Shown in pieces: positions 26,794-33,172 of a stretch of 33,172 nt of DNA. Both the position numbers and the translations under genes were made by a program. The stretch is from assembly GCA_043819135.1 (NCBI GenBank), contig JBDRFG010000029.1:1-33172 (forward strand). The letters are read 5' to 3'. The notes beneath the pieces were generated by a model. That model was given only the letters and a program-made list of their open reading frames with translations. It searched no databases and was not told the origin of the DNA. Numbering within the stretch: the stretch's first letter is position 1; each line of letters begins with the position of its first letter. This DNA comes from Candidatus Eiseniibacteriota bacterium. Its GTDB lineage: Bacteria; Joyebacterota; Joyebacteria; Joyebacterales; Joyebacteraceae.

Positions 26794-28365
26794 ATGCTGG
26801 CGACAGTTCTCAGCGGTGGAGTGAGCGGGATCGAGGGATACGTGGTCAGGGTCGAGGCAGACGTCAGTCGCGGGCTTCCCTCCTTCTCCACGGTCGGCCT
26901 GGGCGACAGCGCGGTGCGGGAGGGGCGCGACCGCGTGGCCTCCGCGATACGGAACTCGGGGTTCAGGTTTCCGATGGAGCGTATCACGATCAATCTCGCC
27001 CCGGCGGACATCAGGAAGGAAGGAGCCGGCTTCGACCTGCCGGTAGCGCTCGGCATCCTGGCGGCGACCGGCCAGGTGGAGGTCGGAGCGCTCGGGCGCC
27101 TCGTCGTCATGGGAGAGCTTGCGCTCGACGGGTCCACCCGGCGTGTGCGGGGCGTGCTGCCGATGGCCGTTGCGGCCGCCCGCGCGGGCCTCTCGTGCAT
27201 CGTCGTGCCCCCGGCCAACGCTAGGGAGGCGTCGGCCGTGGGCCGGCTCAGGGTGCTGCCGGCAGGGAGCCTGTCCGCCACCGTCAGGATCTTGGGGGGA
27301 GGAGAGGCCGATGCCGCGCCGGACGCCTTCGACGCGACGCCCGAGCCTGCGGCGCGCGAGGAGGACCTGTCGGACGTCCGCGGGCAGGAGCACGCCAAGA
27401 GAGCCCTCGAGGTGGCGGCCGCAGGGGGACACAACCTGCTGATGGTAGGGCCGCCCGGCGTGGGAAAGACGATGCTCGCGCGGCGGATGGCCGCGATACT
27501 GCCGCACCTGACGGAGGAGGAGGCGCTCGCCGTCACGACCATTCACAGCGTCGCGGGCTTGCTTCCGGAGGCGGCCGGACTCGTGACCGCGCGGCCGTTC
27601 CGGGCGCCTCACCACACCGTCTCCGCGGCGGGGCTTGTCGGAGGGGGCAGCGTCCCGCGACCGGGGGAGGTCAGCCTCGCCCACAAGGGGGTCCTCTTCC
27701 TCGATGAGCTGCCGGAGTTCCGCCGGGACGCGCTCGAGGCGCTGAGGCAGCCGGTCGAGGAGGGGCGCATCACCATCACCAGGTCGATGTCGACGGTCTC
27801 GTTCCCGTCCGAGTTCGCCCTCGTCGCCAGCATGAACCCGTGCCCGTGCGGAAACCTCGGCCACCCGCGTGTGCCTTGCAGATGCACGCCGTCCATCGTC
27901 AGACGATATCTGTCGAAGATCTCCGGGCCTCTCCTCGACAGGATCGACGTGCGGGTTTCGCTGGGCGCACCCGCTTTCGAGGAACTGGCCGATGGTCCCG
28001 GGGTCGGCGACACGGCCGCGGCGCGCTCGCGTGTCCTTGCGGCCCGGGAGGCGCAGGAGGAACGGGCCAGGCGCGGCGCCCGGATGGCCGCGGGGCCGCT
28101 CCCCGAGCTGAACGCGAGGCTTCACGTTGCAGTTCTCGACGAGACCGTGCGCATGAGCCCCGAGGCGCGGAGCGTAGTCCGGAGCGCGGTGCGCAAGCTC
28201 GCCCTCTCGGCACGCGCCTACCACAAGGTGCTCCGTGTCGCGAGAACGATCGCGGATCTGGCCGGCGCCGGGACGGTAGCCGTCGAGCACCTGTCGGAGG
28301 CCCTGCAGTACAGAGCCGACCCAGGGTCGCCCTCGGCCCCCCGCGGCCACGCCCACGGCTCTTGA
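26794..28365 (+). CDS. comM: YifB/ComM family Mg-chelatase-like AAA ATPase
   Basis: ITINLAPADIRKEG..FDLP, GPPGVGKT, PGEVSLAHKGVLFLDELPEF, MNPCPCG, ISGPLLDRID. Confidence 0.94.
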   Translation: MLATVLSGGVSGIEGYVVRVEADVSRGLPSFSTVGLGDSAVREGRDRVASAIRNSGFRFPMERITINLAPADIRKEGAGFDLPVALGILAATGQVEVGALGRLVVMGELALDGSTRRVRGVLPMAVAAARAGLSCIVVPPANAREASAVGRLRVLPAGSLSATVRILGGGEADAAPDAFDATPEPAAREEDLSDVRGQEHAKRALEVAAAGGHNLLMVGPPGVGKTMLARRMAAILPHLTEEEALAVTTIHSVAGLLPEAAGLVTARPFRAPHHTVSAAGLVGGGSVPRPGEVSLAHKGVLFLDELPEFRRDALEALRQPVEEGRITITRSMSTVSFPSEFALVASMNPCPCGNLGHPRVPCRCTPSIVRRYLSKISGPLLDRIDVRVSLGAPAFEELADGPGVGDTAAARSRVLAAREAQEERARRGARMAAGPLPELNARLHVAVLDETVRMSPEARSVVRSAVRKLALSARAYHKVLRVARTIADLAGAGTVAVEHLSEALQYRADPGSPSAPRGHAHGS

Positions 28366-28492
28366 GTCCACACCCGGGGGCACAGCGGCCCGTCACGCCC
28401 AAAATCTACTGATACAGCCTTCAGCTGGACAGGACTATGCTATAGGGTGTATGATGATACAAAACGTCATGCACTGAACGGAGGGAGCACCC

Positions 28493-31024
28493 ATGCCGAG
28501 CGCTTTCCGACACGCGCTGATTTGCGCTGTCACGGCCGTGGCGCTGGTCTTGCTTCAGGGACCGGCACCGGCCGACACGGACAGGGTCGTCGACCCGGAG
28601 ATCGAGGCGATCCAGCGTGAGATCGATGCGAACGGGTACGGCTGGACCGCAATGCGGAACTGGACGACCGACCTGAGTCACGAGGATCTCATGGCTTTGT
28701 GCGGGACCAGGATCCCGCCGGAGGTCGCGAGACGATTCGCGGCTCTCGACCCCGATGACTTCCCCATCGCGCGCGACCTGCCCGACAGTCTCAACTGGAG
28801 GACGCTCGGTGGCGTCTCGGCAGTGACGAACCAGGGCGGCTGCGGCAGCTGCTGGGACTTCGCTGCGTTCAGCGCGCTCGAGGCGATGATCGTCATCTAC
28901 GGCGGCGTCGAACTCGACCTCTGCGAGCAGCAGGTCCTGTCCTGCGAGACGGGCGGGTACGGTTGCGGCGGCGGTTGGTACTCTTGGGCGTGGAACTACG
29001 TCAGGGAGAACGGTTCGGCCGATGAGAGCTGCATGCCCTACCAGGCCGACGACACCGTTCCCTGTGCCGACGGCCCGTGCGACAAGATCGCCACGTGCAA
29101 GACCTGGGTAGACATCCCGAACGACGTCGCCGCCATTCAGACGGCCCTTCTCAATGGCCCGGTGGCGACCACCTTCACCGTCTACAGCGACTTCGGCTCG
29201 TACGGCTCCGGCTGCTACGACCACGAGGACACCGAGTCGATCAACCACGCGGTCGCGATCGTGGGGTGGGACAACAACAAGTGCGGTCCAGGCGACGGCG
29301 CGTGGCTCTGCAAGAACAGCTGGGGCACCGGGTTCGGCGACCTCGGTGGCTACTTCTGGATCAAGTACGGGGCCGCCGCCATCGGGACGGCCACGCAGCA
29401 GGTCTTCTACTACCCCGGAGACGCCATAGTCTACGACGCGCACACGGTCGACGATTCGGCCGGTGACGGGGACGGCTGGTGCGACCCGGGCGAGCAGATA
29501 TCAATGGGCGTTGCGCTCACGAACGAGATCGTCTCGCCGGACAGGGTATCGGTGCAGGCGTCACTCTCCTGCGGAAACCCCTACGTGACCGTCACGCAGC
29601 CTACGACGAGCTACGGAAGTATGGACGCCGGTGAGACCAAGTTGGGAACGAGTTCGTTCGGCTTCATCGTCGACGAATTCGCACCCGCGGGCGTAATCGC
29701 TGAATTCGTCCTGGCCATCACCTCCGACGGGCGCTACGCCAACGCGGACACGTTCGAGGTCGTGCTAGGCCCCACGCCCATCATTCTCGTGGACGACGAC
29801 GCGGGCGAGGGGACCGAGGCATACTTCAAAGCGGCGCTCGACAACAACGGCTACATCTATCAGAACTGGGACGAGCAGATTCAGGGGGCCATCGGTCTCT
29901 CTGAACTCGAGCGCTACACCGTGGTCGTGTGGGACTGCGGCTGGGGCGGCAAGCCCGGCGACGACAACCGTCCCGTGCTCTCGTCCTTCCTCGACAACGG
30001 CGGTCGAATGCTGATATCCGGCGAGGACATCGGCTGGTCACTGGTCGACGCCGGCACCTCGAGTTCCGCGCAGTGGTACGAAGACTACCTCCACGCGGAC
30101 TACGTGCTGGACGACTCGGGCTACCGTGACGTGACCGGCGTGTCGGGCGACCCGATCGGTGACGGACTCTCGTTCACACTAAACGGCTTCGACTCTGCAA
30201 TGAATCAGGAGTACCCGAGCGAGGTCGATCCGAGAACCGGAGCGTCGGCGGTGTTCAGGTACGACGGCGATTCGGAAGGCGCGATTCGCTACAGCACCGG
30301 GCACCGGGAGGTCTATTTCGCGTTCGGGTTCGAGGGCATCACGGGCTCGGCGATGCGGGACACCGTCGTGAGGAGGAGCATGGAGTGGCTGGCCGACGGT
30401 GTGTGGCCCGACACCGAGCGGCCGACGGTGACCCTCACGTATCCGAACGGGGGGGAAGAGTTCGAGGGCGAGGCCACACCGAACATCCAGTGGACTGCCT
30501 CGGACAACGTCGGCGTGACGTCGGTAGACATCCTGAGGTCCTGGGACTCCGGGGCGACCTTCCCCGACGCCATCGCGACGGGCGAGATCAACGACGGTTC
30601 GTTCGAGTGGACCGTACCGGACAGCTTCAACGCCACGTCCCGGATTCGCGTGGTGGCACGGGACGGCGCCGGGCTGGCGCAGCACGATGACTCCGACGGA
30701 GATTTCACGGCCGGGCAGGAGACGGGAGTGCCTGACGACCTGGAGCGCAGACTGTCGCTCTTCCAGAACGCACCGAACCCGTTCGCGCTGGCAACGACGA
30801 TCGCGTACACGGTGCCGGCTGCGGCCCGCGTGGAGCTCGTGATCTACGATGTGTCCGGGCGTCGCGTGCGGACACTCGTGGACGCGCACCTCGAGGCGGA
30901 CGACTACACGGCTCGCTGGGACGGTCGCATGTCGAACGGACAGGAGGCAGCGGCGGGGATCTACCTGTACCGCCTCCTGGCCGACGACAACGAACTAAAG
31001 AGGAAGATGATCCTCCTCCGCTAG
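28493..31024 (+). CDS. Secreted papain-like C1A cysteine protease with Ig-like modules and C-terminal FlgD-Ig/T9SS-like domain
   Basis: Signal peptide, propeptide, NQGGCGSCWDF (Cys), NHAVAIVGW (His), CKNSWG (Asn), YPNGGE Ig module, QNAPNPF...AGIYLYRL...KMILLR. Confidence 0.93.
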   Translation: MPSAFRHALICAVTAVALVLLQGPAPADTDRVVDPEIEAIQREIDANGYGWTAMRNWTTDLSHEDLMALCGTRIPPEVARRFAALDPDDFPIARDLPDSLNWRTLGGVSAVTNQGGCGSCWDFAAFSALEAMIVIYGGVELDLCEQQVLSCETGGYGCGGGWYSWAWNYVRENGSADESCMPYQADDTVPCADGPCDKIATCKTWVDIPNDVAAIQTALLNGPVATTFTVYSDFGSYGSGCYDHEDTESINHAVAIVGWDNNKCGPGDGAWLCKNSWGTGFGDLGGYFWIKYGAAAIGTATQQVFYYPGDAIVYDAHTVDDSAGDGDGWCDPGEQISMGVALTNEIVSPDRVSVQASLSCGNPYVTVTQPTTSYGSMDAGETKLGTSSFGFIVDEFAPAGVIAEFVLAITSDGRYANADTFEVVLGPTPIILVDDDAGEGTEAYFKAALDNNGYIYQNWDEQIQGAIGLSELERYTVVVWDCGWGGKPGDDNRPVLSSFLDNGGRMLISGEDIGWSLVDAGTSSSAQWYEDYLHADYVLDDSGYRDVTGVSGDPIGDGLSFTLNGFDSAMNQEYPSEVDPRTGASAVFRYDGDSEGAIRYSTGHREVYFAFGFEGITGSAMRDTVVRRSMEWLADGVWPDTERPTVTLTYPNGGEEFEGEATPNIQWTASDNVGVTSVDILRSWDSGATFPDAIATGEINDGSFEWTVPDSFNATSRIRVVARDGAGLAQHDDSDGDFTAGQETGVPDDLERRLSLFQNAPNPFALATTIAYTVPAAARVELVIYDVSGRRVRTLVDAHLEADDYTARWDGRMSNGQEAAAGIYLYRLLADDNELKRKMILLR

Positions 31025-31077
31025 GTTCCTGCCCAGGCCGAGAACCAGGGCGGAAAGAGCAGTTGGCGCTGGATACG

Positions 31078-31113
31078 GAAGCCCCCACGGACGAGCCGTG
31101 GGGGCTTCGTATT
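31078..31113 (+). terminator. Intrinsic terminator
   Basis: GAAGCCCCCACGG-acgag-CCGTGGGGGCTTC followed by GTATT. Confidence 0.8.
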
Positions 31114-31163
31114 GCAGCTACCAGGAATGAACGCACACTCAGTCTCACGCATTTACGCCCTCA

Positions 31164-31183
31164 AACTGACTAGATAGTCAGTT
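31164..31183. promoter_or_regulatory. Perfect palindrome, candidate TetR-type operator
   Basis: AACTGACTA-ga-TAGTCAGTT. Confidence 0.5.
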
Positions 31184-31317
31184 GAGAGTGCATAACTATC
31201 TTTTCTTGACGACGAAACGCAAAAGCGGTACGCGTTCCTCGTCAAGGAGTGGAGCGCATCGAATGCTCCTGTTGGTAGTGCAGGTGAGCTGTGGGCTCTG
31301 ACTTGGCTCATTGGCTG

Positions 31318-32040
31318 TGACCTGCCCCCAGTAGTTGTACCACTTCTAGAGGTAGGATGCTGCCATTGGCGCTTGCCCCCAACCCTGGTCCAGACCTAGT
31401 GCCATTCTGTGGTTCGTGCCGGGTCGTCCTTGTTGCTCCAGTCGACTCTGAAGCTGGCTGGCGGTACATGTCCTAAGCTGCCGTGCGGCCGGTCGTTATT
31501 GTACTCATTCCTCCACAAGTCCAGCACGACCAAGGCCTCTGTGATATCCAAGAGGTAGTGTTGCGACAGGCACTCACGTCTGACCGTGCCGTTGAACGCT
31601 TCGTTCCGCGCATTGTCGCCTGGTGTTCCGGGGCGGCTGAAGTCCAGCATCGTCAGAAGCTTGAGCGGCCTTCCGTCCAGGGTCCGCTCGAACACGAAGT
31701 CGTAAGACCACACATGGTCCCGGTGCTCGGGCCTCAGACGCACACACGAGCCGTCCGCAAGCCACAACCGCTTACGCTTCGGCTGCTTCTTCGGTACCCT
31801 CAAGCCCTCCTGGCGCCAGATCCGCTCCACCCGCTTGTGGTTCACGCGCCACCCCTCGGACCGCAAGAGCGCTGTCACACGGCGGTACCCGTATACCGCC
31901 CGTAATCACTCGCTAACGCCACCACCCGCTCGACCAGCAGCGCCTCATCGTCGGCTACGCGGCATGCGTAACGTTGTGTCGACCGGGACTGACCGAAGAC
32001 CCGGCATGCCCGACGCTCGCTCACGTCGAACGCAATGACG
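31318..32040 (-). mobile_element. Degraded IS3-family element (IS407-group-like), right end only
   Basis: Terminal TGACCTGCCCCCA at 31318, orfB fragments present, no orfA or left end. Confidence 0.88.
31396..32040 (-). pseudogene. IS3-family transposase OrfB pseudogene
   Basis: VSERRACR..GQSRSTQRY, 2-nt frameshift near 31891, VNHKRVERIWRQEGL, VWSYDF, then directly FSRPG...EAFNG..RRECL...YNNDRPHGSLG. The segment with the second catalytic Asp is missing. Confidence 0.9.
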
Positions 32041-32120
32041 ACGTTTGGTTCGAAGGCCCGCTCGCTGGAACTCCGGTCGAGCCCGTCAGCTGGGGCAGCA
32101 TCAAGGCCATGTATCGCTAG
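32037..32120 (+). pseudogene. Orphan 3' tail of a secreted-protein gene (DDVWFEGPLAGTPVEPVSWGSIKAMYR*)
   Basis: In-frame C-terminal WGxIKxxYR motif, TAG at 32118-32120, terminator downstream. The 5' part is replaced by IS sequence. Confidence 0.8.
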
Positions 32121-32152
32121 GTAAAACTGGCTGCAGGTTGCCATACATGGGC

Positions 32153-32184
32153 AGGGGTCCGGGGTTTCGACCCCGGGCCTCTTC
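32153..32184 (+). terminator. Terminator-like hairpin after the orphan tail
   Basis: AGGGGTCCGGGGT-ttcg-ACCCCGGGCCTCT with a UUCG loop. A second hairpin lies at 32191-32220. Confidence 0.65.
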
Positions 32185-32800
32185 GTGTACGGGGGCCGCA
32201 GGCCGAGAGGCGCGGGCCCCATTCTGTTGTGGCCCTTGCTCGGCTCGGGGACCGGCGCGGGGATGCCGCCGGCTGAACAGGCCAGACTGCGGAAACTGCG
32301 CGAAGGGGCCGTCAGGCGCTGCTGGAGGCACTTCCGGAGTCTGCGCCGCCGGGGGGCGGAGTGGAACGGGCCTTGCATATATGGCCGCGAGACTTGCTGC
32401 GCCCTGGGGTGCGGCTTCTCGAGGGGAGCGGAGGGACGGCTGCAGGCCCTTCCAGAGAGGTCTTTCAGGGGCGCAGTTGCAGATTGAGCGTGAGGCATGC
32501 TCATACGCAACCTGAATGACCGTTCACTGAAACATGAAATGCGCCCGTACCGGGCCTGCCGGCCGGCGAGCGCGAGCGGGGCGACGAGCCACCCCGCGGC
32601 GAGACGAAGGTGAGTTGTCGACAATGGCCAGACTCATCGCTACGGGAGGTGCATCTATGAGGTGAGACGGTGCGACTGGGGGTCTGTTACCCGGCAGGGT
32701 ACCGTGACCGCCGAGCCGAAGGAGGGGGCCGTGAAGGACGCGGCTCCAGGGGGATTCGAAGAGGCAGTTCGATCCAAAACACCGAGTGGGAGAGCTAATA

Positions 32801-33172
32801 ATGAAGAAGATGTTCATCGTCCTGGCCGTACTGGCTCTGTTGGTGGGCACCGCTTCCTCGAAGCTGACGGAAGCCAAGCCTGTGTACGAGCTCAGCACGC
32901 CCGATCGCGGCAACGCGGTCTTCTGGTTTGATGATATGGAAGGCGACGTTAGCGCCTGGAGCACGACCGACTTCTCCGCCGGCACGGTCCCGCACTTCCA
33001 CTGGGACACCTACATGGCGTTCGCCGGTAGCTCCTGGTGGTGCGGTAACTTCGACTATGACACGGACGGTGGCTACGGCAACGCCTGGGATGACAAACTG
33101 GTCATTCCAGAGCTGGACCTGACCAGTGCCATCATTCCGGTTCTGACCTACGCGTTCCGTCATGACTCGGAG
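32801..33172 (+). CDS. Secreted protein, 3'-truncated by the window edge (immune-inhibitor-A/MAM-like beta domain suspected)
   Basis: Not in the ORF track because it has no stop. SD GGGAG, signal MKKMFIVLAVLALLVGTASS, then WFDDME...SWWCG...GGYGNAWDDKL..PELDL....LTYAFRHDSE. Confidence 0.85.
   Translation, partial: MKKMFIVLAVLALLVGTASSKLTEAKPVYELSTPDRGNAVFWFDDMEGDVSAWSTTDFSAGTVPHFHWDTYMAFAGSSWWCGNFDYDTDGGYGNAWDDKLVIPELDLTSAIIPVLTYAFRHDSE

Noticed and set aside
15594..28383. Long minus-strand ORFs (15594-16847, 17081-19243, 21117-22550, 25184-26752, 26605-28383)
   Set aside because: Antisense shadows of well-supported plus-strand housekeeping genes in GC-rich DNA, with no recognisable motifs.
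32045..32624. 5' part of ORF 31875-32624 as transposase
   Set aside because: Only the part below about 32040 has IS3 motifs. The rest reads through the host gene tail, terminators and intergenic DNA.

Overview
GC-rich bacterial window. The C-terminal sorting signals (two FlgD-Ig/T9SS-type-A-like domains and a 'SWGSIKAMYR' tail) suggest an Eisenbacteria/Krumholzibacteria/Latescibacteria-like organism, which is inference only. Left accessory region: a 5'-truncated GH13 pullulanase; an 890 bp regulatory region with a duplicated ~79 nt structured element and divergent sigma70 promoters; a Mu Com-like zinc-finger gene; a divergent chaperone-usher-like pilus cluster (secreted two-domain subunit, pilin, PapD-like chaperone, large usher-like protein, paralogous pilin); an alpha/beta hydrolase; and a secreted GH13 enzyme on the minus strand. 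Middle housekeeping block: hypothetical-yajC-def-fmt-DUF116-rsmB-PASTA-rpe, then ffh-rpsP-khpA-rimM-trmD-rplS-rnhB-yraN-comM/yifB. Right end: a secreted papain-like C1A protease, a degraded chimeric IS3-family element, an orphan gene tail, and the start of another secreted protein. The best candidate for an undescribed system is a possible RNA-level control circuit for the pilus cluster. A ~90 nt minus-strand sRNA with its own consensus promoter is complementary to the leader of the com-like/pilus transcript. The Com-like zinc finger has GAGNNCC-type motifs at or near each pilus gene start. All of this is predicted from sequence and untested.
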